DNA from: Nymphaea colorata
Lineage: Eukaryota
Direction: 5' to 3'
Assembly (NCBI RefSeq): GCF_008831285.2
Contig: NC_045138.2
Coordinates: 19,592,001-19,656,000, forward strand
Length of the DNA stretch: 64,000 nucleotides
Below the pieces are notes generated by a model. It worked only from the letters and a program-made list of their open reading frames with translations, made no database searches and was not told the DNA's origin. The position numbers and the translations under genes are program-made. Of the stretch, positions 25,650-37,602 are shown piece by piece. Numbering within the stretch: position 1 is the first letter of the stretch; the number at the start of each line of letters is the position of its first letter.

Positions 25650-27420
25650 TCTATCACTTAACCATGTTTTTGTGTTGAAGCCTAGTAATCAAAAACTTCA
25701 GTTGTAAACTCTTTCTGGTCCTGAGAAAGACCTTGGGGAAGCCTTTTAATTGCTCCTGACCTCCCAATGAGTTCATCCTACGACAAGCAAGTTGATTTAG
25801 TTCTAACATTTTGCAATTTGAGAGAACTACAACTGCATTTTTTCTGAAGTACCTTATATACAAGTTCAAATCCTCCATGCCCGAGCTGATCCTCCTTTGA
25901 AAAGTTATGGTATACGTAGCTTCTTGTGTGTTCTTTAGGCTGAACTGAGGCAACTTGGAGTTACTCTCATAGTCTATTGAAGTCATCACAAGGTTGGATC
26001 TTTATAAATCTTTTGTTACTGAAAACAAGAGAAATTGAAAGAATAGTTTGTAACAAAAAAAAACATGCACAATAGTGTTGCAATTAGAGGAAATAGAGTT
26101 GTTGTTACTGCTAGCAACACCAAAGTACCTGGAGAAGCAAAGGTTATAGTAAATTTCAGTAAAAACTAAATGTTGGAAACATCTGCCATGTGGAAAGTAT
26201 GTCAAGAACTTGTTACTTGTGCTACAAATAGCAGCTTTAGCCCATTCTGTCTTGTTTGATCCAAAAGATGTAAAGGTATATCAAGATGTAGATATAAAGT
26301 AACTTTCATATTCAAAAGCTCAGTCAATATACATTTTGTGTATAGAGACAACATATATTGATAAGAGACTAACCCATGTTGGATGTAACAAACTTAGCCA
26401 TATGTCTCATCAAGAACACTTGATTAGTCTCTCAAAGCTCGAGGTGTGAACAAATAAAGTTTGTTCATGATGTCAATATGAAAAGAAGTACAAAATACTA
26501 TCTAAAAATTCCAAGTGCCAAGCTAAAGCACTATTGAAACATGTGCATCTAGATGTGTGTGGAAAAGTACTTGACCCAGCGAGAGGTATATGGTATTTTT
26601 ATCACATTTATTGTTGTTTTTTCAAGATTACTTGACTTTATTTTGTAAAGGGAAGCTCTCAAGTACTTGGAAGGTTTAAGGAGTTCCATCAAAATGTAAA
26701 GAAGGAACTTAGTTTCAAAGTTTTGTAGGTATGAACTGTCAATGTTAGAGAATATACATATGGCACGTTCATAGAAACATAAAACAACAATGGCATTCAA
26801 TGACAATTTATATGTGCCAATATGCCTCAGCAAAATGGAGTCATATAGCAATGTTTTTTTGCAATATCATGGTTTGACATGATTTTGCGGCATGACCTCC
26901 TTTCCTTTGAGATATGTTCAAGGAGACCTTGATCATAATACTTTACGGAAGAGAATCATCCTATAAAATGATCTGCCATTATAAGTATTGATCATGTTGA
27001 AGATTTGCCAAATGGAAATCAACTACTGGGTACACATTTGGTCTTCAAAATGGAGCAATCTCATGGTGTCATGAAAAGCAACCAACAATTCACTCCCTGC
27101 AACAGAGCATCGCATAGAACAGCAGTTGAGCTGCTAAAGAATGCATCTGGCTAATACAACTATGGGAAGTTATCATACAAGAAGTTTATTTTCTGGTGGC
27201 ACTTTATTACGACAATGAAAGTGCCACTAGACTTGCAAACAATCACAATCTTTGAGCAGACCACATAGAGGTCACAAAAAGCTTGCCAGGCATTCTCTAA
27301 GTTCAAGATGCTACTAGGAGTTATGAGTAGATAGTCAGCAATGAGAGGAAGATTGTAAAAAGTCCTCACCAACACTCACATAACGTTTAGGAGGACTCAA
27401 GGCCTCTGCATTGAGTAAAC
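25650..27420 (+). mobile_element. Heavily degraded, internally deleted Ty1/copia LTR-retrotransposon remnant (boundaries approximate)
   Basis: Frameshifted integrase relics LLKHVHLDVCG (about 26531), YFITFIVVFSR (about 26593) and PQQNGV (about 26825); an RNase H-end-like TKSL..FSKFKMLLGV followed by a purine tract GAGAGGAAGA and TTGT at about 27343-27356. Confidence 0.7.
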
Positions 27421-28760
27421 GAAAAAATAATGACTAAAAATTAATTAGAATTTAGTGTTATTTTTCACTGCCATCACTCTGCTCTGCTCTTTATAAATAA
27501 AGCCGGGTGTGGAACTACTGTGCACGAAAATTGTGGGAAGAGTGTGCCATGACCAAAATACTTATGCTAAAGTTAAAAAAAAAAGCATTTTAAAAGGATA
27601 AAAAGGGGTTATAAAAATGTTAAAAAACTTAAAATGTCCATTTCTTTATAAAAAAAAAATTGAAAAAATACCTCAGCATCTTCTTTTTTCCATTGTTATA
27701 TATTTCAACACCCTTCTTTTTTCCATTGGTATAAAACCAGGCCCGATATTCGGGTATTGAGTCAGGCTCGGCTCGGTCTGATTGCAATAAAAAACATTTT
27801 TTAAATTATAAAATATTTTTTAATAAAAATTATATTTTAAATAATAAAATATATATTATTAAATTTAAAAATAATAAAATTTAATTTTTTTAATATTACC
27901 AAGCAAGCCTGAATTGGTTTCTGTCGAACAGACCCCGGGCCGCCACGTACTAGCCCCTCGTCAGCAGCCAGGCCCGGCAGCCACCTCTACTTGTGAGTGC
28001 ACAAAAACTCGGTCTGGGCTGATGGTTCCCTTTACATTGCATCAAAAGGGTACATGAAATAGCAAGTGACGTTCGAAGGAGGTGAAGCTGATGAGGTTAG
28101 AGCGAGTTGCGTGTGCAACTTACATACCGTAAAAGGAATATTTTAATAATTTTTTAGAAAGGTATGTTTTTTATAGTTTTTTTATTTTCACTTTTGTCTT
28201 TCAAGTTTTTCTTTTTCATGAAAATGGGAGTATTTTCATAATAACAACTATATTAACGCATATAACAATCGGTTCAATTTCACGACAATATTAATCACCT
28301 TCACTCGACCCTTTCAGTTTGGAAGAAGAAGGATTCCTCTATTATATAGAAGAACGACAGGTTATCAACAAATTTTATTCATAAAGCTTGAAAACACCCC
28401 AGCAAGAGATCGAGTAATAGCTTTCTGAATGAGCAAGAGAGCAGCCTGTGGAGAAACAACGCTACACTCCGTAGACCCACTTCATTCGCAGCCATAGATC
28501 CTGATTATGTGACAACAGACTGCCACCATAGAAACCAACCAGGAAAAGAGAAAACAAAAACAGAGAAAAGAAGAAAAGAAATAAGCGAACGATTTAAGAG
28601 CATTCGCTGCCCTTAATTTCCTCCGAGCAGTGTTTTTCACACAAGTGATCTAGCTAGCGGAGTTCGCAACTTAAACTTCCATCATGATCCATGAGTGGCC
28701 TTGTTCATGTTCATCTGCTAGTGTGATTCTGTCTAAGGGCAGTAACGCTCCGAATCATCA

Positions 28761-29828
28761 TCAGATTCCTTTGCCTTCACCATGTTCAATAGTCACCCTG
28801 GCACCAGTCAGTCTCTCCTCGAGGGAATGAGTGTAGATCTTCAAATGATCAATGTCATTGTTCTCTTTCTCCTGAAACTTCCTGATGAGATCCTCTTTCT
28901 CCTCGATGGCCTTCAGCAGATTGTCCTGTTCTTGCTTGTAGACCCTTAGTTCGTCGCTCAAGATGTCTACCTGCCTTTTGATGTTCAGATTAGAAGCATT
29001 AACGAGTTCCAATTTGATCTTATCAAGCCGTTGATTCAAAATATTCACGTTATCGTCCATCTTCTCATCATACTGCATAAATTTTGATTCGAAGTCCTTC
29101 ACGACATTCACCACGTTGAATTTATTTGTTTCAATCCATTGATGCATGTTATGCAGCTCTAGTTCTTTGGGAGTCACAGTTCTGGTCCAGAACAAGTATT
29201 TTCTCAGCACTTCCATCTGAAACTGTGCATTTGCAGTGTCCAGATCCACGATCAAATCCCTAAGAGAGGATTTGGAAGCATAATTCTCATGCTTCGTATC
29301 AGTTTCAACATTCACTAGCGCGAAGGGTCCTTTCTGCTTGCGATCTCCGAGGCCTATTGCCTCGTCGACAAAGGAGAAGAGATTCTTCATTATCGACTCC
29401 ATCATATGGTACACAGTCCTGCAGCTAACGTCTACCTTCTTGGTGAACCCATCAGCGTTCTTCCACTCGACGTTCCAATGGGCTGGGCGGCTGCCCAAGC
29501 CAAGAACTGTGTTCATTTCAGATACCATCTGATCCTTAAGCTTTTTGTTCTCGGTTCTCAGGCTCTCTATGCTGGTAGAGAGTTCATTAAAGCGACGGTC
29601 AACGACAGAATTAAGATCATTGAGCGTTTCCTGATTCTTGGCAACATTCTGCTCAAGTTGCTTGAAGCGTTCTGTGACCAAAGACTGGAGATTTTTTATT
29701 GTTGTTTCGGTGTTGGTGGTTGTACCTTGAATGTCCTTGCACCACTTCTCGACACATTCGCTGCAGTTTTCAAGATTATGATCGTGGCTGTAGATGTACT
29801 TCTTCAGAAGATGTGGAACGTCGGCCAT
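28761..29828 (-). CDS. 355-aa intronless coiled-coil-like protein of the uncharacterised family (gene g3)
   Basis: Intact ORF; VPHLLKKYIYSHDH, SEMNTVLGLGSRPAHWNVEWKNADG, VYHMMESIMKNLFSFVDE shared with g1 and g4. Confidence 0.85.
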   Translation of the reverse strand: MADVPHLLKKYIYSHDHNLENCSECVEKWCKDIQGTTTNTETTIKNLQSLVTERFKQLEQNVAKNQETLNDLNSVVDRRFNELSTSIESLRTENKKLKDQMVSEMNTVLGLGSRPAHWNVEWKNADGFTKKVDVSCRTVYHMMESIMKNLFSFVDEAIGLGDRKQKGPFALVNVETDTKHENYASKSSLRDLIVDLDTANAQFQMEVLRKYLFWTRTVTPKELELHNMHQWIETNKFNVVNVVKDFESKFMQYDEKMDDNVNILNQRLDKIKLELVNASNLNIKRQVDILSDELRVYKQEQDNLLKAIEEKEDLIRKFQEKENNDIDHLKIYTHSLEERLTGARVTIEHGEGKGI

Positions 29829-30286
29829 TTATTTTCTCGGATGAAGGCAACCTTGCAGGGAGAAGTCGGAAAAATGCATCAAAAGAAAGAAACCCCTTTA
29901 TTCTAACAAGATCAGGAGCTGGATTTTAGTTTTACTGTGATTTCAAAAAGCAGATATCCGAATTTCAGTAGTCTTTATTCTCGAAAGAAAAGGCAGAATC
30001 GTTAGTCAAATGTTACCATACCAGCAAAAGCAGCTGGTACTCAAGTTGGTCTTTTCTGCAAGCACCTGCAAGTCGATCAAACACTCCCTGCATGCATATT
30101 TCGATTAGGTAGTCGTTTCCTAAAAATTAATTTTAAATCAATATAAGGCAATACAAAAAACAGTCGATTTTGGGCGTCTGCTCATTCTATACAAACATAC
30201 ATGCCGTCAAGAGGCCAAAAACAACTTGGGTTGCAACTTAAGTTAGCTCTAGCAACCAGGGAAAGCATGCGCAATATGAAGAAACA

Positions 30287-30570
30287 ACTCACTGGAAGCA
30301 ATGAAGATCGCACAGATGGAAGAAATGAGTGGGAGGCGTAAGATGAGCAAAGGGCTTCCTATTTTTTATAGACTGAAGGAGAATGTGAAGGCGTGAGGTT
30401 TCGGTTGGCGCCTCTACAGGTGAATTAATGGACGGGAAACTAAATAATAGACATTAGTTATGAGGGCCCATGTGCCAATGGATTCCTGGAGAACTAATAA
30501 TTTAAGAAGGAAGACTTCCAAGTCCATGGGGTCATCTTCCTACTGACGCCACCAAAGGTGACATCATCTT
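30287..30570 (-). promoter_or_regulatory. Promoter module and non-coding first exon for g3 (copy P3)
   Basis: GTGAGT donor at 30287-30292; AGATGGAAGAA; TATA at 30365-30371; AAGACTTCCAAGTCCATGGG (30511-30530) and ACGCCACCAAAGGTGACATCAT (30546-30567), both identical to the SEO upstream boxes. Confidence 0.8.
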
Positions 30571-32756
30571 CTTCTTCTTCGGCGATTAGCTGATCTTCTG
30601 TTACTTTCACGTGAAGTAGGTGGGTTGCTTTAAATTATTGACCCATGAAGAAGCCAAGGGACAAAACATGAATGATGGTATAAAACTTGGTAACGGGCAT
30701 GCATGAAACACACACATTTTCTCTCTCCCTCCCTCTCTACCTCCCTCCCTCTCTACCTCTCTCTCTCTCAAGAGATAGAGGGTGTTACTTTTCCAAACTA
30801 TAAACAGTGACATGCACAACAGGAACTAGATACCGGTTTAACTTTTGTTTACAATGACATCTCTAGGTAGGCTTCTTTTTTATCATATTTAAAGTGATTT
30901 TTAATTTTTGCTATTTCATAAAACTCAAAACGTCATTTATGTTACAAATTTTACTTAGGAAAAATCACCTTCAGTACAAAACCCTTAAAGTTGTACTTTT
31001 ATTATGCTTTCAAGATTTGACTTGTTTTGGGGTCTAAATGGACGTATAGTATACTTTCAATTCAATTGTTGTGTTTGCTACTGTCTGCAGCTCAAAGGAG
31101 TAACATATGGGAGTGTGACATCAACCACACGACCTTAGACCCGTTAAGTATAAACCCTCCTTGCTGCCTGATTGCATTACGCCCTTGAGACACTTCTTGT
31201 ACTGTATTAATTTGTAAATCGAATGTTGCGCTTATCATTGTTTGCAGCCCAGAGTAGCATATCAGAGTGTGATAGTAGCCACAAGATTGAGACCTCTTGG
31301 ATGTGAGCCGCCTTACCACAAGAGTAAATCCCTCATACTAATATTGATTTTTGATGTTCTCAAAGTTTCAGTCTTACAATGTACAAAAAGAGATTAAACC
31401 ACCTAATATGCTAAATAAATATATCGCTCATGTTTCTCGATTATATTATGCTCTTGTCACCACATCGACCTATTGCTCTGAACGAGAGCGAGTCACCCAC
31501 TTTCCAACTTTAAGAGCTCTTCCATAGCTTTCCCATTGAAGGTGGTTATATATGTAGTACTGGTGCATGAAAATTTCGTGTGTAAGTATGGCTAATGATG
31601 AAAATGCCCATGTTTAATTGAAAAAGAAAAAGAAATTTTTTTGTAAAAACAAAAGAGGAAATCGAAAAAAGTGAAAAGCTTTAAAATGACATTTTTTTTT
31701 TAATAATTTCAAAAGTGTCTCTATTTTTCTTCTGACTTACATTTGTTGCATGCACCGAGCAGCACAACTCACTCTCCTTCCCCACAGGCTTATCATGCAT
31801 TGTCCATAAAATTACTTTACATTACATGTTCCATGCATGATCCACGAGTTTGGCTCTTCGATGAGCCAAAAGGAAACGTACATGTTCATCCGAATCTAAA
31901 AATGTGGGAAATTTTGTTTTTGCGTACATGTTTGACATTTTTTTGTTTAATTTTGTTTTTTGCGGATTGTTTCTGTATTTAGGGGACCTCTTGTCCCCAA
32001 ATTTTATTATATATTCCCATTTTATCGGCTAAAAATGTAAGAAAAGATGTATAAAAATGGAATATGCAAACTTATCACCGAACTGTTGGTTGCAGACACC
32101 CTTTGCTTATAATAAATTACAATTGAATATCTTGAGGCCGTATCTGGCTCGGTCGACTTTAGCCTGGCAAATATTAATTAATGTGCCGATTGAATTGGTT
32201 GGCGAGCGATCCACCTTATAAGTACATAACAGTCTTGCAGGAACCTGACCAATTGATACATGACACTGAAGTTCCGAACCCTAACATGGCACGTGGGTAT
32301 ATACATATATATAGAGGGAAATTCAAATTTCTTCAGATGGAAGACGTCGCCAAATGGTTAAAAATAAAATTAAAAAAAAATGTTAAAAACAATCCCTAAA
32401 GAAGCATTAGTGGCAGTTCATGATGCAGCTATATGGTTCATAGTGCTTTTAATTTGCAACTGTTTATGATGCTTTCGGCCATAAATTTTTGGCTTTTAAC
32501 CATTTAGCAACTGGCAGATTTGAAGCCTTGTGTGTGTGTGTGTTTATAAAGTGTTTTCACCAAAAAAAAAAAAAAAAAAAAGTTAAACTTACGAGACAGT
32601 GATTTGAACCATCGAATTCTACAAGGCAGTTGTTCCACTAGTTAGCAGATGCGGCTTCCTATACTCAGATATCTTCATTCGATCATTTGGGCCCCTCTAA
32701 ATCTTGTCTTTCTTGTGGACTTTGATCATGAATCTTCAGATGTATGTGTATGAAGT

Positions 32757-33075
32757 CGTTGATATCAGAGAAAATATTCAGATGAATTTATGAAGTAGCG
32801 AAGTCGATTTAATGTTCAATATTAATTGGAGAAGAATACTTTCAGGGAGAAGTTGTTGATATCGGAGAAAATATTCAATTGCATTTATGAAGTAGCTAGC
32901 GAGTGGGTAGGGTGATTGGAGTAGATTTAATTATCAATATTAATTGGTCTGACAGTATCAAAGAATACTTTCAGATAGAAGTTGTTGACATCAGAGAAAA
33001 TACGCAATCGAATTTATGAAGAAGCCAGCGAGGGGCTACGGTGATTGGAGTATATTTAATGTTCAATATTAATTA
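32757..33075. repeat. Degenerate tandem repeat, three units of about 100-130 bp
   Basis: Recurrent GTTGATATCAGAGAAAATA..TTTATGAAG..TTTAATGTTCAATATTAATT at about 32758, 32855 and 32984. Confidence 0.85.
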
Positions 33076-33566
33076 ATCTAACGGTGAGATGCTAAAAAAT
33101 GGAAAAGAATAGCAACCAGAATTGCGTATGTGTACACTTTTGTGCATGCAACAAGAATGCATTAAAGAATACCAATATTCTTTTTTTTTTTTGGTGTATA
33201 TTTGTTGGCTTGAAAATTATACTTTCAGAAATAGTACGTGAAATATCTTAAGTACCCTCGATAAGTCAAGAAACCCTTTGCATAAAGATGAAGAACTCGG
33301 CTAATAATGTCAACAATAAAAAATGAGCCCCCAGAACCATTTGTAATCTCTCTTTCAAAAAAAAAGAGAGAGAGACAGAGAGAGAGGGCTTTCCTTCTTT
33401 ATCTGTTTTCTCGTCCTTGTTCTATGGTTTCTTTACTTTGTTTTCTTTGTTGTCTTTTTGCAGCCATTTTGTTTTGTCGTGACTACTCATCACTCAATAT
33501 TTGTTAATGAACTCCCATCTTGTCTGCTCTCTCTCTCTCTCTCTCAACCATTCATACTCCAACAAG

Positions 33567-33777
33567 GATGATGTCATATCCTGGCGACCTTAATGGAAGA
33601 TGCGATCCATTGGAAAAAATAAATAAATTCCAATACATTTCTCCATTTCACATGCAGCAAGTGCAGCGTCTCCACGGTGAATTGACACCATCTTCGAATT
33701 AATGACTTTTCTTCTTCTTAGGTCTATAAGAAGGCGGCGTCTTTGCTGTGTTTTGGTATCAACAGTCCACGGTAAGC
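33567..33777 (+). promoter_or_regulatory. Diverged promoter module and non-coding first exon for g4 (copy P4)
   Basis: GATGATGTCATATCCTGGCG (33567-33586) resembles the reverse complement of the P1 box (GATGATGTCATGTTGATGGCG), followed by GGAAGATG..CCATTGGAA, GTCTATAA (33722-33729) and a G|GTAAGC donor at 33772. Confidence 0.6.
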
Positions 33778-34243
33778 TTCTTTCTGGTCTCTGCTCCGGC
33801 TTACTAGTCTTCATCGTGCAAAACCTCAATAAGATTCTTCTATTACTGAAAATAGCAACATCTCCGCTTGCGTTTCCTTTTCTTGCCTATTATTGATATC
33901 GCTCCTCTGATCAATCCGTGTTTTGTTTTTTTCTGAACATTTTGAAGCATCCAGGACTGATAATCTACCACATTAGCAGCTAGGAGAAGACCGAGTCGAC
34001 TACATGATGTTGGCGTGATTAATGCATTTCATCAACCATCCTTCCTTCCATGAATCTAGAGTTTGCTGCAACTGAAGTTCAATTCAAATAAGCTTTCTAT
34101 AAGGCCTGTAGTCACTGTAATAGAGTCTTCATTTCCACCGGGGCTTTCTTTCACACTGAATTTCCTTTTGGGCGCAGTTTAATTTGCAAGTTCTTCATCT
34201 GCCAAAAAGAAAAAGGAAAACGAAAGAAGGAAATACATAAAAA

Positions 34244-35407
34244 ATGGGCTGTAACTACAACAGCAATGCTGTCATGGACATAAACACATACTCTAAGTTT
34301 GTGACCACAACTCTGGTTATGCCGGAAGGCCGTGGCTGCCTTTATGATTATCTCACAAGAGAGTTAGGCAATCTCAATTCTCAAATCAACGGCAACAGGA
34401 ACCACCACAATCAGACTGCAGCTGCCATCAGTGACCTCAAGTCCTTTGTCGCCAACTCCATCAGCGATCTCTCTTCCAGGATAGCGCGGTTAGAATCAGC
34501 AAACGAAAAGCGAAAAAGCGAAGTGATTGCCGAGATCAACACGATCGCCGGTTTAGGCAATCGTCCGACAAGTTTCAAGGTAAAATGGCAGAATCCGGAC
34601 GGATTCTCCAAAGACGTGGACATCAACTGCAAGGATGTCTACCACCTGATGGAGTCGATCATGAAGAACCTCTTCTCCTTCGTGGACGAGGCCATAGGCC
34701 TCGGAGATCGCCAGAACAAGGCCTCCTTCCCACTGGTAAATGCTGAGACTGATACCAAGCGTGACAATTATGCTTCGAAGCAGTCCCTCAGAGAGCTGAT
34801 CATAAATCAGGACAAGGAGAACTCAAATTTTCAGCTTGAAGTGGTAAAGAAGTACTTGTTTTGGCTGAGAACTTTGAACCCCAAAGAACTAAAAATGCAT
34901 AATATCCATACTTGGATCGAAACGAATAAGACCAACGTGGTGAATTCGATGAAGGATTTTGAGGCCAAATTCTTGGTGCACGATAAGAAAATGGACGCAG
35001 TCTTGTTGGCACTGAACATAGACGTTGGCAAGATCAAGATAGAACTTGTAAATGCCTCTAACCTGAACATCAAGAGGCAAGTAGACGTCATGTCCGACCA
35101 ACTCAGACTCTACAAGCAGGAGCAGGTCAATCTGCTGCAAGCCATTGCCAATAAAGAGGATCAGATCAGGAAGCTCCAAGAGAAATCGAAATCTGAGATT
35201 GAAGCTCTGAATAACCGAATCCGTTATCTTGAAGAAAGGCTTACTGGTGTGAAGACAGAGGAGCCCGGAGAATTCCTCGACATGTTGGAAGCGAAGGAGT
35301 CTGATGGAGAATCAGAGTACCACTACTCTGAAACAGAGTCAGAACTGCAAAGCGAAGATGATGATCAAGAGAAGCTGCTTCAATCTATTAATCACCGTGG
35401 AACCTAG
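34244..35407 (+). CDS. 387-aa intronless coiled-coil-like protein of the uncharacterised family (gene g4)
   Basis: Intact ORF; core shared with g3 (ESIMKNLFSFVDEAIGLGDR, ELVNASNLNIKRQVD) and C-terminal LEERLTGV..LDMLEAKESDGESEYHYSETESELQSED shared with g1. Confidence 0.87.
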   Translation: MGCNYNSNAVMDINTYSKFVTTTLVMPEGRGCLYDYLTRELGNLNSQINGNRNHHNQTAAAISDLKSFVANSISDLSSRIARLESANEKRKSEVIAEINTIAGLGNRPTSFKVKWQNPDGFSKDVDINCKDVYHLMESIMKNLFSFVDEAIGLGDRQNKASFPLVNAETDTKRDNYASKQSLRELIINQDKENSNFQLEVVKKYLFWLRTLNPKELKMHNIHTWIETNKTNVVNSMKDFEAKFLVHDKKMDAVLLALNIDVGKIKIELVNASNLNIKRQVDVMSDQLRLYKQEQVNLLQAIANKEDQIRKLQEKSKSEIEALNNRIRYLEERLTGVKTEEPGEFLDMLEAKESDGESEYHYSETESELQSEDDDQEKLLQSINHRGT

Positions 35408-36267
35408 TGCGTCTCAGACTTAGTTTACATGTCTAGGCTCAGCATCATCTTGTCATGCATTTTTAGCTTCTTCGTGGGTGTTGAATCTGTTTCTCTGTGT
35501 TTGATCTCTGTTCTTCCTTTTTCTTCTGGTTGGTTTATGAGGTTGTGAAATTTTGTCATATTCCGTAGTTAGGGTTAAATCTTCATGTTTTCTTCTTTCT
35601 TGGATTTCTTGTGGAAAAAACTACTGATAAAAATAAAACTGTGGAAGGAAGCGGTGCTTCTGGAATCTTTAGATCTCTTGGTTATGCAGAAAATTACAAG
35701 CTAGTGAGAATCTTTCTGTTGTCTTTAATTCAACAAATTTTCGATGAAGTTCTCTTGGTTCGCGAAAGATGCAGAGACACAGAGGAAAGAGGTTACCTGC
35801 AACCATGATTTGAAAAGCTTTCTGCAACTTTTTCATGTTGCAGGGAAGGCGAAAAACTGGTTTTTTTTTAGAAACAGGGCTTTGCAGTTTTACCAAGCTA
35901 ATCAGACGCTCTCTTAACCATCACAAATCTAAAGTGGTGTCAATGGTAACAGTTTTCTATGTAAGAGATTGGGAATATGAACCAGGACTACTGTAACAGC
36001 AAACCACTCGAGAAGAGAAGCGTGACAAAATGTTTAAGTTGATTTAGTTTTGCTTCACCAAATCCACAACCACGGAGGGGCGATCCAATGACAACGCGGC
36101 TTCGGAATGTGCAATCCTGTATATCGGATACGCATAAAGAAAGTAAGCGGCGCTTGGATCTTATTGACACCAATTGCCTTTCAGAATGTGATTGTACTTC
36201 ACATAATGAGGCGAACAAGAAGGATCCAGTTACATGAACCACAATCTCATTTGAGCGATTAATGTGG

Positions 36268-37288
36268 AGACTTGACTTGCTTGAACAAGTAGATGAAATC
36301 AGAAACCATAGTTTGTTTACCTCGGATTAGCATAACTCTAGCAGACTTCTCGCTGTTATATATGCACATAGACTTATTTCAGCATTTTTAACGCTGCTTT
36401 TGATTAATACGTTACGACTATAAACTTTGAATAAAAAAATATAGATGAAAACATAAGATAAAATCGGATCTAAGCCATCAATATACAAACATGAACAACG
36501 ATCGAACAACATGCATGAAACAAGGGGATAAGAAGGAAGAACAAACAGGTGGCTAAACCGGTGATTTAGGAGCAAAAAGGAAGAGTGAAGACATTAATAT
36601 GAGAAAATGATGGATGCAAATACGGTGGAATTACAAAGGGGGTTAGGTTGCGTTTACCTACGTTTGTTTATTGCTTCCAGCAACATTCATCACGAGTACA
36701 CCAATCAGAGATGAATGAATGTGAGATGAGCCTGCTGTAAGTGCAATTAAAGAAGGCGATCATCATCACCATGCTGATCTAAACCAAAAAATATGTTGAC
36801 CCTTAACATTTCAGAAAATTAAACAGTCACATGAGTAGGTTCTAGTTCATATGCAACATGCAATACAATTTCCACTGACTTTACTATTTTCGACGACATA
36901 GAGCAGCAAGTTGATGGTTTATGTATAAAAATTCTCATGAAACTCTATTCACCCATTCCTTTCCTTGCCATCAGCTCATAAACTTCTTTTCATAAGGATG
37001 CCCAACGTTAACAACGATCACCATCCGAAATTTCTGTTGAAAAAGAAGCATTACAACTAAATGTCAAGGTATTTCATATGTTAGGAACAGTAAGAAGCAA
37101 ATTGGAAGAATGCAGAAAAAAAAAAAAAGAACCAAAGAGAGTTCTCTGAGTGAGCAATTGATAGTCAACCCCAAGCCTAATGGTTAACCTACAGCTGAAT
37201 GTCAAGTTCCCACGCAGTTAATGACATCTGCACATGATTCACTCACACACACTCATGGTTGTGATGAGGGGCCTCTATGCAGCCACCA
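36268..37288. repeat. Second copy of the 10885-12715 segment
   Basis: Collinear similarity to 10885-11311 and 12122-12715. Confidence 0.9.
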
Positions 37289-37602
37289 CTCCAGTAATTT
37301 TTACTAAACCGATAAGATCATAAGTTAAAAATGGTCGATCGGATGCATACAAATGCCTGTCGACCATGCATGCAAAGAACACACATACACACACTATCTA
37401 CATATATATAAACAAATAAACTCAAGAAGTCTAATTGTATGAAGAATTCGCTCTTGATGCGGAAAAGGGTGATCACATCACTTAAAAAACCATCCTGAAC
37501 TGCTCGAAACAAATAAGAATATAAAGAGCCCAGATCTTGGCCATTTGTTTATTTACCATTTTAATTTCTTGATCACGCAGGCCTTACTTTTGTTGGCATT
37601 TG

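Noticed and set aside
27735..27990. Possible MITE with GC-rich ends and AT-rich core (similar candidates at about 39930-40060 and 45930-46350)
   Set aside because: I could not define TIRs or TSDs with confidence.
29338..29929. Antisense ORFs overlapping g3 (and similar ones over g1 and g4)
   Set aside because: Shadow frames of the real coding strand.
32757..33075. CRISPR-like repeat-spacer array
   Set aside because: Eukaryotic context; the units are degenerate along their whole length with no unique spacers.
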